Counted from the stretch's first letter, positions 34,924 through 48,552 are shown. The stretch: DNA of 64,000 nt from Selaginella moellendorffii (GCF_000143415.4 NW_003314339.1:365751-429750), one strand, 5' to 3'. Notes: generated by a model not told the origin, from the sequence alone. Made by a program: numbers and translations.

Positions 34924-36015
34924 TCAATCGAAACTTATCATGTCCTCCATTACCACTGATCGATCTGGATGATCCAATGCAGTGCTAGCAGCAGTAGAAT
35001 CCATGGCTGCCTCATACTGCTTCCGAAACTCTGGGTTCCTGGACACGAACGCGGAGATTCCTCGGATCCTACGTCCAAAGGCCTGCAGCATCGCGCCACG
35101 GATTGGATCTAGCTCGCGAAAATCGGCCTGCCGACGCAGCACCATGTCATAGAGGTACTGCTCCTCCGTGGGATCCAGCTCAGCCTCTAAGATCTGACGT
35201 TGCAGGGTCTCCAGCGAATCGTAGTAATGGTCATCTCCGTGTTCCTCCTGTTTCGTTGACGTCAACAAGTACGAAAGAATAGTCAACGCTGCCGACTCCA
35301 CGGTCAACTTGTCGGTGGAGGCCAGCAGTCCCTGCTCGATCAGGCGCGGGCCATACCCGGAGCTCATGAACTCGAAGAGCTCGCCGAGATCCATCTCGCG
35401 AATCACGTGGAATGAAACGCCCAGGCCTCGCTTTTGCTGCTCGCGCTCGTGTACTAGATCATCAGCTGGTTCTTGATCGCGGCGGTGACGATGGCCGTGA
35501 TTCTTCCTATACGCCGGCTTTGGGAGGCAAGTCCCTTGCCTGAGATGGATCATGTCGTTGCTGAGCTCGTCATACTCGGCGATGGCGGCGATGACGTGCT
35601 TGAGGCCACAGCGGATGGATTTCTCCCGGTAAGCCACCACCGCGCCGTTGAAGCCCTTTGCGAGGCTGTAGAGCAGCGCGGATCCTAGAGACGCGGCCAC
35701 TCTCGCGGGCCAGAGCGCGAGCATGGCGCCCGTGACTGGCAAGCAAATCGGCCTCGAGCAAACGCCGTCTTCCACGCACTCTTCCATGTTGATCACCTGT
35801 TGCTTCCATCCCTTCCACAGGAAAACTGGAGCCTTGGCCACGGCTATGCTGCAAACCGCTGGAACATCCACGACTAGCCCCACGACTGCCACGCCCGCGC
35901 ATCCAACCAGACGAGCAGAGTTGCTCGCGACTCTCTTGGCCTTGATCTTGATCACAACCCTCTTCTTCGACTTACCTGGAGTAGAAGATCCTGTCTCTTC
36001 CATGGTCTCTTCCAT
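34924..36015 (-). CDS. Uncharacterised membrane protein, At3g27390-like; upstream exons to about 36575 possible
   Basis: VDVPAVCSIAVAKAPVFLWKGW...LWP...YDELSNDMIHLRQGTCLPKPAYRK matches the recalled family signature. Confidence 0.7.
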   Translation of the reverse strand: MEETMEETGSSTPGKSKKRVVIKIKAKRVASNSARLVGCAGVAVVGLVVDVPAVCSIAVAKAPVFLWKGWKQQVINMEECVEDGVCSRPICLPVTGAMLALWPARVAASLGSALLYSLAKGFNGAVVAYREKSIRCGLKHVIAAIAEYDELSNDMIHLRQGTCLPKPAYRKNHGHRHRRDQEPADDLVHEREQQKRGLGVSFHVIREMDLGELFEFMSSGYGPRLIEQGLLASTDKLTVESAALTILSYLLTSTKQEEHGDDHYYDSLETLQRQILEAELDPTEEQYLYDMVLRRQADFRELDPIRGAMLQAFGRRIRGISAFVSRNPEFRKQYEAAMDSTAASTALDHPDRSVVMEDMISFD

Positions 36016-36615
36016 TGTCTCTTCTGTCGCTCGCGCTTCTTGGGCGATTATAAACCGCGGCGGCCGGCAATCCACCAGCTGTGGCTGCCGTGCCCAGACT
36101 CGAAAAAGATGACATCCATCGCTTGAGCCAACTATAAGAGTCCTCTTTCACGCGTATTTCCACTCAGTGGGGCAAACCTTTTTCTATTTGTATATTCTTC
36201 CTCGATCTAAGAATCTCTGGGCCATGTTTTTCTCATTGCAAAGATGATTGCGTCTTTGACTCCATATTATAATCAAGAGGAAGTTGCTAGATCCACACTG
36301 TTTGTGTAGCGGGCTTTTGTTTCTTTGTGTAGGGGCCTGGGTGACAGTCCCCCACTCACGAGAGCCAGGTTGCAACGGTCAGTTGAGATTAAGTGCTAGT
36401 GACATGTTTGGCAGGCTTGCGGGCAGAGAGTTGGGTGATTCCCTGCTTGATCCCGTGATTTGGGGGCTGGATGATCATCCAAGCCTTATGGAAAATCTCA
36501 CAACCAAAGCTAAAACACGCAAAACAAGCAAGCATTGGAGCGCCAGAGCGCGATATAGCATAGGCTAGGTGCCATGATGAGCGTAGAGCTCTCTTGAAAG
36601 AAAAGAGAGCGAGAG

Positions 36616-38774
36616 ATGAAGCCGCTGCTGGTGGTGGTGGTGGTGGCGCTAGCGGCGGCGGTGGCGGTGGCGCTAGAGGTAGGAGGTGATCTGGGCGCTC
36701 AGCAGGAGGTGGAAGCGCTACTGGCATTCAAGCAATCCGCGGATTGGAATGGTGGAAGGCTAAGGAGCTGGGGGAGAGGAAGCAACCTGTGCACGCAATG
36801 GGTGGGCGTGTCGTGCGTCAAGGGCCGCGTTTCCAAGCTCGTCCTGGAGGATTACGATCTGGTGGGGGGCATCGACTCGCTGCTGCGCTTGCGCTCCCTC
36901 CGGCTGCTCAGCCTCAAGAACAACGCGCTCAATGGGAGCATTCCTCCCGACCTGACCAACTGGAGGAATGTCAAGTTCGTCTTCTTGGGCGGCAACCATC
37001 TCTCCGGATCCATCCCAAGATCCATCTCCCAGCTCCCTCACCTCTGGCGGCTCGATCTCTCCAACAACAGGCTCTCGGGTCCAATCCCCAGCTCCATGGA
37101 CGCGCTCACGAATCTCCTCACGCTGCGTCTCGAGGGGAACGAGCTCTCGTCCGCGCTCCCGCCGCTCGCCCATCTCACCATGCTCAACGATTTCAACGTC
37201 TCGGCCAACCAGCTGCGAGGTACCATCCCCAAAACTCTCGAGCGTTTCAATGCTTCCACCTTCGCTGGCAATGCGGGGCTGTGTGGCTCGCCTCTCCCGC
37301 GCTGTGCTAGCATTCTAGAGCCACCATCGCCAGCACCCTCTCCGGACCATACCATCGGTCCACCACCACCATTTCGCGCCTACGTTCCATCCTCTCTGGC
37401 CATGCCTTCGCATTCCAATGACACGAGCAGTACTCCAGCGTCCACCACGACGCATTCACGCAAGAAGCAGCAGCAGCTAAGCACCGGAGCCATCATCGCC
37501 ATCGTAGTGGGCGATGCCGTCGTGCTGGTGCTCATGACTTCGATGTTCCTCGTCTACTACTGGCGAAGGAGTGGGCGACGTGGTCGTAAGTTCGAGGACA
37601 GGAGCAGCAGCAGCGCGTCCGGATTTGGATCGCAGCTGGATCAGCAGAGCAAGAACAGCACGTACGCGTCCAAGCCAAGAACAGTCCCCGCGGCCGCCAG
37701 TGCCGTGGAATTCGACACGGATCACCCCGTGTCCGTGTCCTCCATGATCAGCAACAACACCAACAACAAGCTCGTCTTCGTGGGTGGCGGTGGTAGCGGA
37801 CAAGCTCCCAGCTTCGATCTGGAGCATCTCTTGCGAGCCTCGGCGGAGATGCTCGGCAAGGGGAGCCTGGGCTCGGCGTACAAGGCCATGCTCGTCGATG
37901 GCTACGTCGTGGCGGTGAAGCGGCTCAAGGACGTGACTTCCACCAGCCGGAAGGATTTCGAGCAGCACATCGAGTTGATTGGGAGGATGCGAAGCCCGCA
38001 TCTGGTCCAGCTCCAGGCGTACTACTACGCCAAGGATGAGAAGCTCCTCGTCTACGACTACATGCCCAATGGCAGCCTCCATAGCTTGCTCCATGGTTGG
38101 TTTTCCATTCCATCTCTTCGATCGACGTCTAAGCTCGTGTGATGTCTCTTTCTGTAGGCAACCGAGGACCAGGACGTGTACCGGTGGATTGGACCACCCG
38201 GATCAACATCGCGCTTGGAGCTGCGAGAGGTCTGGCGTACATCCACCAAGAGAGCGGCTCTCACAAGATACCGCACGGGAACATCAAGTCGAGCAACGTG
38301 TTCTTGGATAGAAACGGGGTGGCGCGCATCGGGGACTTCGGCCTGGCGCTGCTCATGAACTCGGCGGCTTGCTCCAGGCTGGTGGGATACCGGGCTCCGG
38401 AGCACTGCGAGACGAGGAGGATCTCGCAGAAGGGCGACGTCTACAGCTTCGGCGTGCTGCTGCTGGAGATCCTGACGGGGAAAGCTCCGGTGCAGCGCGA
38501 CGGCGTGCATGATCTCCCGCGCTGGGTGCAGTCGGTGGTGCGGGAGGAATGGACAGCCGAGGTGTTCGATCTGGAGCTCATGAGGTATAGAGACATCGAG
38601 GAGGAGATGGTGGCGCTGCTGCAGACTGCCATGGCCTGCGTCGCTCACTCGCCGGATGCGCGGCCCAAGATGAGCCAAGTTGTCCGGATGATCGAGGAGA
38701 TACGCGGCGACGCATCCCCGGAGTCGTTTGATTCTCAGTCGCAGCTCTCCTCGTCTCAATCGGAAGGAGCATGA
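36616..38774 (+). CDS. LRR receptor-like kinase, LRR-III (PXC1/At1g68400-like); intron 38096-38157
   Basis: Signal peptide, LRRs, TM helix, [53 protein letters not shown]. Confidence 0.95.
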
Positions 38775-39040
38775 TCTCATCGACGAGCACGAACTTGTGT
38801 AACTCTATCTATGCAAAGTGTAGAGCAAAGATTCATGGTACAAGTTACGGATAAAACACAAAGCTGGCATGTTCTTCCGTTCGATATAATCCTCGTCTCT
38901 CAGTCGGAAGGAACATGAGCTAAGAACTTGTGTAACTCAAGAATAGATCGATCAATGCAAACTGTTAGAGCAAGGATTCATGGTACAAGTTACAGACAAC
39001 ACAAAGTTGTGTGAGTGAGTGCGTGTTCTTTCGTTCGATG
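38750..39040. repeat. Diverged tandem duplication (about 140 bp) of the RLK stop codon and 3' UTR
   Basis: ctcgtctc..tcggaagga.catga, gaacttgtgtaactc and gattcatggtacaagttac each occur twice. Confidence 0.75.
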
Positions 39041-39075
39041 ATCTCCTAGAGCTAGCTTGACGTTAGAGAAGCTTG

Positions 39076-41569
39076 CTAGCGTCCATAGTCCAGCATCTCC
39101 GCGTACGCAGCCTGCTGCCGGGTCGGGTACGAGGGACACTCCTCTCCGGAAGACGAGAATCCTGCGTCGGCAGTGGCGGAAGCTCCTCCTCCACCATCGG
39201 CCAGAGTCTCGATCTCATACAACCTCTGCACGACCTGTCCCATGCTTGGCCGCAGCTGCGGCACTGGCGCCACGCACGAGAAGGCGATGCTGGCCATACC
39301 AATCGCACCAGTCGCCGAAAACTTGGTCCCCAACGACGGATCGATGGCGGTGTCGAGATGGCCGGAGTCGAAGAGCGGCCTCACAAAGTTGGCGAGATTG
39401 GTGACCGACAAGCTGCTGCCGTCCGCGTACATGGGCTTGCGTCCCGTGAGGAGCTCCAGCAGCAAGATCCCAAACGCGTACACGTCGCTCTTCTCGTGGA
39501 GGTGGCCGATCACTCCATACTCGGGTGCCAAGTAGCCCAGCATTGCCGATGTCTTGATGTTGGCATAGACGAGCTCGTCCGCGAGCACCTTGTTGTGACC
39601 CCAGCTCGACACAAGAGCATTGTAGCTCTCGTCCAAGAGCACGTTGGAAGCCCACACAATGACTTGCTCGCCATTGCGGTGGAGGTAATCCAATCCTGCG
39701 TAGTAGCAGTATCTCGAGTATTAGATTAGAAGTCCATAGCCATGCAAGCTTACGTACCTTTGGCAACTCCATGGGCGATCTGGACTCTGGTTCCCCAGTC
39801 CAAAGGTGACACGCTTGGGCCGTGCAAGTGCTCGAAGAGCGATCCATTCGGCACGAAGTCATAGACGAGGTAGCACTGGAGTCCTCCTTGGACGCAGCAA
39901 AAGCCCTTGAGCTTGACGAGATTGTCATGCTTGAGCTGCACGAAGGAGCTCAGCGCGGCCTCAAACTCCTCCTCGCCACCCACGAATCTCGTCTTGGTGA
40001 AGTACTTGATCACGGCGGTGGATCCGTCCCTCACCACCGCCCTGTAGATCGACAGGCTGCTCTTCCTGGCCAGGAGGTACTTATCCGAGAAATAGTTCGT
40101 CGCCACCTCCAGTTCCTCCAGCCGATACTGGAAGCTCCTCATCGAGGATCCAACCAGGCTCTTCGGTGCGTTGATGCTTTGCATGGCCAGCGGCGCCACC
40201 AGGTGGAGACTGCTGCCTTTGCCGCCGCCATCGCCGCCGCTCTTGCTCTTGGTCTGCTCCGGAGAGAGAATGTCCATGGTCGCCACCTTGATCCCGCCGC
40301 TGCTGTCATGAGTGCTGCTGATTCTCTGCTTGTGCCTCCGAAACCACACGAACGACATGAGCATCGCAAGCAGCACTCCGCCGGTGACGGCCACGACGCC
40401 GCCGATGACAGCCATCTGCGGGATCCTGGACGAGGAGTTTGTGGAGAGAGGAGCACGCTTGGCTACGGTTTGAGCAACGGTGGCAGCGTTCCCTGGCTTG
40501 GCTTGCGGCTCCACGAGATTTGGAATGCGGCCGCGAGCTCGAGGATTCGTGGCTGTCGAAGGGCCCGTAGCAGCATGCTCCGGAGCGACCGCTCCAAAAG
40601 GCTGTGGACGCTGCAAGGATGATGCTCCGGAGCCGCTGCAGTAAGGAAGACTTGGAAAGCCCACACCGCACAAGCCAGTGTTGTTGCTGTAGGCAAATCC
40701 AGTTTCCAAGCTTCGCAGTCCTGCGCAAAACGATCGATCGTATAAGTTCTCGCGAAGATCACCACCAACTTAGAGTTTGAAGCGATGAGAAGTTTTCGCT
40801 TGCCTGCTGGGACATAGCCCGAGAGTTTGTTGCTGCGAACATCCAGAACAGTGATCTGGGCCAAGTTGTTTAGTGCCGCGGGAATGGGACCCGAGAGACT
40901 GTTGAAGCTGAGGTCCAAGTGCTTGAGCGACGAGAGCTGGCCCAGCGAGGCGGGGATCCGTCCGTCGAGATGGTTGTGCTGCAGTGCCAGGAGATTGAGC
41001 AAGCCGAGATGACCCAGCGCGTCAGGGATGGGACCACTCAGATCATTGCAGCAGAGCTGGAGAGCTGCCAAAGTTGAAACAAAGAAAGTTCTAGCAAAAG
41101 AAAGATGCTGATGATCATGGGAAGAACCTTGGAGGTTGCGAAGAGAGGTGAGCTGCGAAGGAATGGCACCCGAGAGCTTGTTGACGTTGAGATAGACGTC
41201 GGTGAGACCAGTGAGCGATGCCAGTGACGATGGAATGCTCCCGGAGAGGCTGTTGTAGTGAAGATACAAAGCTGTGAGCGAGGAGAGCTCGCCAATGGCC
41301 CCTGGAATGCTTCCCTCGAGACCTCTGCCTTGCAAAGAAACGTTGGTGACCCTTCCTCGCGAGTCACAGGCCACGCCCACGAATCCATCCTCCGCCCCAC
41401 ACGGATCTTTGCCCGCGACCCACGACGCCAAAACCTCACCTCTGGGATCCAAGCCGCGCTTCACGTCGAGTAGAATCGCGGCATCGCTGCGAGCTGCCCA
41501 AGCTCCCCCCAGCGCTGCTAATGCTGCTAGTGCCGAGAGCAATGCGAGAAGATGAGGCCTCGAGCCCAT
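39076..41569 (-). CDS. LRR receptor-like (pseudo)kinase, LRR-IV (At5g51560/At2g45340-like), four exons
   Basis: GVACDSRGRVTNVSLQGRGL, LYLHYNSLSG, LQLCCN, LEELEVATNYFS, LVYDFVPNG, GYLAPEY. Catalytic loop degenerate. Confidence 0.92.
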
Positions 41570-41878
41570 TGCGAGCTTCTCCTCCTCCTCCGATCGAGAT
41601 GGAGCAATGCAGCTTAGCTGCTAGGTGGACGAGACGACCCAAGCGCCACTAAGACGCATCCTTTCTTCGCTGGAGAGAGAACCGCGGCGGCCATCGCCAT
41701 CAGTAGCAGCAGATTGCTTCCAGCGTGACGTGGCCGAGCCGGGACCGTCGATTCGACACGATTCACAAACGATCTCTAGCTCTGGCGGGGATCTCTCCTT
41801 TGCAAAAAAACAAAGGCGCTCCCGTTTGAAAAAAAAGCTTCTTTTCTTCTCCTTTTGGTGGCTTTGTACTAAGAACTT

Positions 41879-43676
41879 TCAAGCTTCCATACCGAAAGAA
41901 GGACGCATCGTCGTCCTCCTCTTGTAACCTTCGGTTCTTTGGCTATGGCGGCTTTGAAAACTCTTTCTTTCATCTTCGTCTTCTTCGTCAAGTTGGTCCT
42001 CTTCTTCCAGGCTCACGTCCCCACACGCGACCTCGCATTTGTCGATCTGGAGCCCGAGCTGCTTCTCAAACTTGTCCACCACGAACTTCTCCCGCTCCTC
42101 GCAGATGGTGAGCACGGTTCCACCGCGGCCCAGCCTCCCCGTCCGCCCAGCCCGGTGCGCGTAGTGCGTAGCATCCGTCGGGAGCTCCAAGTTGACGACG
42201 AGATCACACTCGGGAACGTCGATACCGCGAGCTCCAACTTCACTCACCACCAGCACACGGATCTTCCCGGCCTTGAAAGCAGTGAGTGTGTTGCTCCGGC
42301 CAAGCTTTCCTTTGTCGCCGTGGAGGCAGCTCACGTCGATCCCTCCGGCCTGGAGCTTGAACATGGTGTCCTTGAGACGCCGCGAGAAGTTCATGAACAC
42401 GAGCACGGACTGAGGATCCAGCGCGTTGATGCACCTCCGGAGCGTGGAGACGCGGTGCCTGGCGGGGCTGATCACGTAGCAATGCCGGAGGTTGGGTGGT
42501 AAGCTCTCCCGGGCTCCTCTCACGTCTGGATCACTCGACCACCTTTTCTGCTGTTGCGAATCCACCTCCGACGAGCTCTGGCTGGTTGACGTCGCTGCTG
42601 CGGCCTTGACGAGCAGTGGCTTGTGCCCCCAGTCCTCCGCAGCTTTCAGAAGAGCCGGCGGCATGGTCGCCGAGACGAGGATCGTCTGCCTCTCTAATCT
42701 TTGCGGCTGCGAGTTTGAGGAGGACGAGGACGAGGAAGAGGCTCTCCGGGTTCCAACATGCTCGAGGATTCGCTTCATGTCGTCGCGGTACTTCATGGAG
42801 AGCACCTGGTCCGCCTCGTCGAACACGAGAAACCGGCATCCGTGCGTGTGGAGCTTCCCTGCGCGGCTAAACTCGGAGATCCTCCCAGGAGTTCCAACGA
42901 TGATCATGGGCTTGTTCTTCTTGAGAGCCTCGGCCTGGCGCTTCAAGTTGGCGCCACCTATGAGCTGCTGGACAAGCCTCCGGTGCTCGTCACCCAGGAG
43001 CTTCTCGGCCTCGCGGACGATCTGCATTGCCAGCTCCCGGGACGGTGCGACGATCACCGCGTCGATCGCGCCAGTCTTCCTCGCGGACTCGTCTCCTCCA
43101 GCGTCCGCGAAGGGCCCGATCGTGGAGAGAATTGGCAGCAAGTAGGCGAGCGTCTTCCCGGAGCCAGTGTAGGATTGCATGGCAGCGTCGTGGCCATCGA
43201 GGAGCACTGGGATGGCGGACGCTTGGACTTGCGTGGGCGAAGTGAGATTCATCTCGTCCAGCTTCTGGACGAGCTTGGGTGACAGCTTGAGCGACGCGAA
43301 TCCCTGTGCGCTGAAAGGACTGAATCCGGGAGATGGTCTCGTCACCTTGATCGATGGCTTCTTCATCTTCTCCGGCTTCGCGGTTCCTCCACCTCCTTCC
43401 TTGTCTGGCGGGAGAAAACGAGAGCCTTGAGGCTGTGATGTTCTTCCCTGGAAGGTTTCCTCCGCTTCCTCTTTCTGCGATGAATCAATGAGAAGAACTA
43501 AAGAACCAAGATTTTCTTACCTGTTTGAGCAGAAGAGGAGATGGCGATGACCAATCTCGAGCGCTGCGCGAGGAAGCAATGCGGCTGGCACGCAGAACCA
43601 AGCGGCGGCTGCCCATGGCGGCGGCCATTGCGTGCTCCACACCCACGAACGCGCTCATTGTGAGATTGAGCGCCAT
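41879..43676 (-). CDS. RH47: DEAD-box RNA helicase, RH47/ISE1-like, organellar
   Basis: QSYTGSGKT, APSREL, LKKNKP-IIVGTPGRI, KLHTHGCRFL, DEAD, SAT, ARGID, HRAGRTGR. Short first exon from ATG 43676. Confidence 0.85.
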
Positions 43677-43893
43677 GTCTCTAAAACCCTAGCTAACACG
43701 CGTCACCATGACGATCGCGCTGGTGGTCTCGTGATCTAGACGGGCCACCCACGGGACACGAGTGTGAGAAAGAAGGGCCCGATTTTATACGGTCGATCCA
43801 GGTAGAAAGAGAGCCAACGACGGCATGGACAAACTCTTTTAGGGGTTTCTCTTCTTCCATCTCCAGCCTTGGCGCTCTGGATCCCGCAGCTCC

Positions 43894-45630
43894 ATGGACG
43901 CGATCATCCTCATGCCGCTGCGATCCAGTGCCAGCCTCCGCCATCCTCCGCCGCTGGCGAGAACGTCCTGTTCTTCCCCCTGCATTCTTCGCCCTCGCAA
44001 TCCATGCGGCGCTGGGCTCCCGGCGCTTGGAAGCTCCACTGCCATCGTCTTGCTCCGGGATTGCAAGAGCAGGAAGAAGAAGCGCAGGATCTCTTGCGCC
44101 GCGGAGCATGCAGCCGCGGGATTGTCATCGTCTCTCCATGCACAGCCCGACATAGCTGCTTGGCTCAGCGCATTCTACCGCTTCACTCGGCCTCACACTG
44201 TCATAGGCACCGTAAGTTCTTCCCTTTTGATCGCTTTCTTCGCGACCATCTCCTTGGATCTCTTGCTCCAGGCAATTGGCATCGTCTCCATCTCCCTCCT
44301 CGCGGCCGAGAGCGTGGCGGACTTTCTCTCTTCGCGTTTCGCGGTGGGTCTTCTCCAGGTGAGTTCTTTCATCTCGATTTCTTTGCTAGCGCTCAGGACA
44401 CTTCTCCCAGGCTTTGATCCCGGCGCTACTCATGAACATCTACATCGTGGGACTGAACCAGATATCGGACATCGAGATCGACAGGGTGAAGCAGCCGAAA
44501 CTTTTCTCTCTTTCTCTCATCGCTCGTCGCGATGGTTACAAGAGTTTCTCCGTGGGTGTTTGCTTGCAGTTCAGGTTAATAAGCCATATCTTCCTCTTGC
44601 GTCTGGAGACTACTCGCTCGCGACCGGGGTCGCTCTCGTGATTGCGTCCGCGCTTTCGGTGAGCCACCTTTTCTTTCTTACTTCCTCACGAAACTTACAT
44701 GGACGCTCCAGAGTCTGGGAGTGGGATTCCTGGTCAAGTCTAGGCCACTTTTGTGGGCCTTGAGCGTCAGCTTTGTTCTAGGGACAGCGTATTCGATCCA
44801 GGTATGAAAAAGATTGGTCTTTCAGCCCGAAAAATCCGATTTTTCGAGTTTTTTGCAGCTTCCTTTTTTGCGATGGAAGCGGTCCGCGGTTGCTGCAGCC
44901 AGCTGCATTCTCTCGGTGCGAGCCATTGTCGTTCAGCTCGCATTCTTTCTTCACATGCAGGTGTGCCGTGTTTTTCCGTTTTGCCTGCTCGTAAACTTTG
45001 CAAATTCGCAGGCCTTTGTTCTCAAGAGACCGGCCTTCTATCCCAGATCGTTGCTCTTCGCCACCGCATTCATGTGTTTCTTCTCGGTCGTCATAGCCTT
45101 GTTCAAGGTAAGCTAATCTGGAAAAGTACGTATGTCATGCGTCTTTGTAGGACATCCCTGACGTAGAGGGCGATCAGACATTTGGAATCCAGTCGTTTAG
45201 TGTCCGGCTGGGCCAGGAAAAGGTCAGTTGCTCGTTTGGATTCTCAAGTTTTCTCACCTCTCTTTCAGGTGTTTTGGTTGTGCATTGGGCTCTTGGAAGC
45301 TGCTTACGCTTCAGCGGTGATCTTTGGGGCTATGTCTTCGTGTCTCTGGAGCAAAATCGCCATGGTGAGAGTTTCGTGATCATCGCTTTAGTTCTTACAA
45401 GTTTGCGTTGGATTCGTCTAGACGGTGGGTCATTCCGTGATCGCGGCGATTCTATGGATGCGATCCCAGAGCGTCGACTTGTCTAGCAAAGCAGCGATCT
45501 CGTCTTTCTACATGTTCGTCTGGAAGGTGTGTGGATTGTCTTTGATCTTTTCATCTCGTGATCTTTGATCTTGGTTTGATCTTCGTAGCTCTTCTATGCC
45601 GAGTACTTCCTCATTCCATTCATGAGATGA
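43894..45630 (+). CDS. VTE2: Homogentisate phytyltransferase (tocopherol synthesis), multi-exon
   Basis: [59 protein letters not shown]. Stop at 45628-45630. Confidence 0.9.
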
Positions 45631-46165
45631 TGAAAAAAGAAGATCCCGTTCCATTAAATTTTTTTTGGGTTGAATAAAAGCATCTGATTTGATCTCCAAA
45701 CGTTACTGGACACGTGAATATTTGTTTCATGTGGTGGCAAGATATGGTGTTTGTACGTATTGATCATCGCAGATATCCAAACAAACAAAGGTTTAGAAAT
45801 GGGGGAATACAAATATTCTCTTGTACGGACGAGTGGCCATGTGGCCCAAATAGTGGCACTGTGCTTGCGCATTGGGCATCCCATACCCATTGTGGCGCTC
45901 TCGAGGGTTTTTGGAGAGGAGCGCGGCGAGAAGGCGATCAGATCTGCCGCTCGCCAATTCGTGCCATGTCCGATGCTCGCCTACGCGCTCGTTGGAGTGG
46001 GATGATGGAGCTCCCGGGACTGGTAAGCGTGGCGCCCGCGCCCTTTGTAGCGATAGCGGTGTAGCCAGCAGCTGGGGGAATTTCTACACTAGGATTTTGG
46101 ATTCGTGGTCGCGGGGGCATGATCTAGCACGCGCCGGGGGAGAGGAGCTCGTCTAGGTCGCAGCG

Positions 46166-47883
46166 ATGTTTATGGTTCCATCCCCTCCCCGGGCCGCGAA
46201 TGCGCCCAAGAAAGTCACGGACAAGACGCGCGTCTACCAGGTGTGGAAAGGAAGCAATGTAAGTTTCGCGAGACTTCCTTTGGAAGTTCCCAAGGCTTTG
46301 GGAAGCTAAAGGAACGTTTTTTGTGTGTGTTCTTGCAGAAGTTCTTCTTGGGTGGAAGGCTCATCTTTGGACCCGACGTGAGATCTCTGCTGGTAACTCT
46401 CTTCCTCATCATCGTCCCGGTTGTGATCTTCTGCGTGTTCGTCGCGAGCCGGTTACGCGACAAGTTCTCCAATGACAGGAGTGGGATTGCGATACTCGTT
46501 GTCACTGTTGTATACACCGCATTTGTAAGTCATCCATGCTTTTGCTCTCTCGTCTTTGCTCACTTCTTCGTGTCGTTTTCTTTCTTCTCGTCCAGGTACT
46601 CGTCTTGTTAATGCTCACCTCAGGAAGGGATCCGGGGATCATCCCCCGGAACCCGCATCCACCGGAACCCGAGGCCGAGGAAGAGCTGGTTCCGACTTCT
46701 CCGACTGACTGGTCTGCCGGTGGTCTCACGCCTCGCTTCAGATTGCCACGAACCAAGGACGTGATCGTGAATGGCGTCTCGGTGAAGATCAAATACTGCG
46801 ACACTTGCATGCTCTACAGGCCGCCTCGCTGCTCGCACTGCTCTATTTGCAACAATTGCGTCCAGCGCTTCGATCATCACTGTCCTTGGGTTGGGCAGTG
46901 CATTGGCCTGGTACGCTTGCTTGGTCTCTTCGCTTCTTCGTTTCTCATCTTCGTCTCGTCTTGTGTTTCTTGCAGAGGAATTATCGGTACTTTTTCATGT
47001 TTGTCTCCTCGACAACGCTCCTCTGTATCTACGTGTTTGGAATCTGTGCGCTGTATATCAAGCTCCTCATGCACGACCACAGCTACACTGTATGGCGGGC
47101 GATGGGGAAGTCGCCACCATCTGTACTTCTCATGGCCTACACCTTCATTGCGGTGTGGTTCGTCGGCGGCCTTACGTTCTTCCACCTGTATCTCATGAGC
47201 ACTAATCAGGTACCTCTTTCTTGGACGTACTATTACAGCTTGGTTTAGCGATCGTCGTGTGTGATATGTTGGTGCAGACTACGTACGAGAATTTCCGGTA
47301 CCGTTATGACAACAAAGTGAACCCGTATAACCGTGGTGTGTTTCACAACCTGTACGAGATCCTGTGCAGTCCAGTTCCCAAGTCGTTCAACGTTTTCCGT
47401 GCCAGAGTCCAGGCCGACGGCTCGCTCCCATCCTCGACAAACTTGCAGCCAGTAGCGTCCAGCAAGCCTCGCAACGCCGTCAGCTCGGAGCCCGTCAAGG
47501 ACATCGAGGCCGGTTCCAAGCCTTCGTGGGCGCTGGGAGGGGAGCACTTGATCGACGAGGCCGCCTTTGCAGACCTCCACTGCCGAGTGAGCAACGTCGA
47601 CACGGCCGCGGCAGAAGCCAAGGACAACTTGGGCATGGAGGACACATTCGCTCACGCGTTTGGGAGGCTCCCGGTGATGGAGAGTGGCGGCGGTGGTGGC
47701 GGCGGCGGTGGCGGTGGCGATGCAAAGGGGGGGATCATCCATCCCCGCCGCTCCAGCTGGGGACGCAAGAGTGGCAGCTGGGAGATCACTCCCGACATCC
47801 TGGGATTGTCCTCCGGCATTGCAAGCGAAGGTGGTGGTGGTGCTCGGCCCAACGGAGATAGCACACCACCCGGGAACCGATGA
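46166..47883 (+). CDS. DHHC protein S-acyltransferase (PAT6/7-like)
   Basis: [82 protein letters not shown]. Confidence 0.95.
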
Positions 47884-48001
47884 TACTACTACATACACAA
47901 ACATACATATATTTCTTGCCAACAAGTTGAGAACTCAAGATCAATCTTTTCAGTCCCTGGGTTGGCGGCGTTTGGTTGAAACAGGCCCGATTTCTCGCAA
48001 C

Positions 48002-48030
48002 AAGAAGAAGAAGAAGAAGAAGAAGAAGAA
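48002..48030. repeat. (AAG)n microsatellite
   Basis: About 9-10 consecutive AAG units. Confidence 0.95.
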
Positions 48031-48552
48031 ACTTACAAGACCACCCAAACGGCAGTTGGTGTCAGCTGAAATTGTGAAGCACAATTTCCTCCTCGGATTC
48101 CTAAAATAGCTGCGCTGCTGCCATGGGTTTGTTTGGTTTGGGTTTTGGATTTCTAGGTAGAGCTACGCGCTGGTAATCAAATCAAATGGATCGTAGCAAT
48201 GGGTTTGATATACGCTCGCATTATATGTAAGAGAGGGGGTGTTTAATGAAGGTGGTGGCAATTTGCCAGGTGGGTACCGGAGCTATGATGCATGGGTGGT
48301 AGAATACAAGAGAGAGAGGCTCGTTTTGTTTGCTTGTACAAACCAGGCCAAGAATGGAACTTGCGAGCTCCTCCGCTTGATCCATGCTGCTGCTTTGCGC
48401 CGCCGCCACCACCACCGCCGCCACGGGCAAAGCTTTTGATCCATCCATGAGATTCGCGGTATGCATTTTGGGTGATGTTCGCTTGCTTGTTCTACTTCTT
48501 CTTCTCTCCTGGGATGGATCGATCGCCATCGCGCAGCGCTTGAGCGGCGGGA

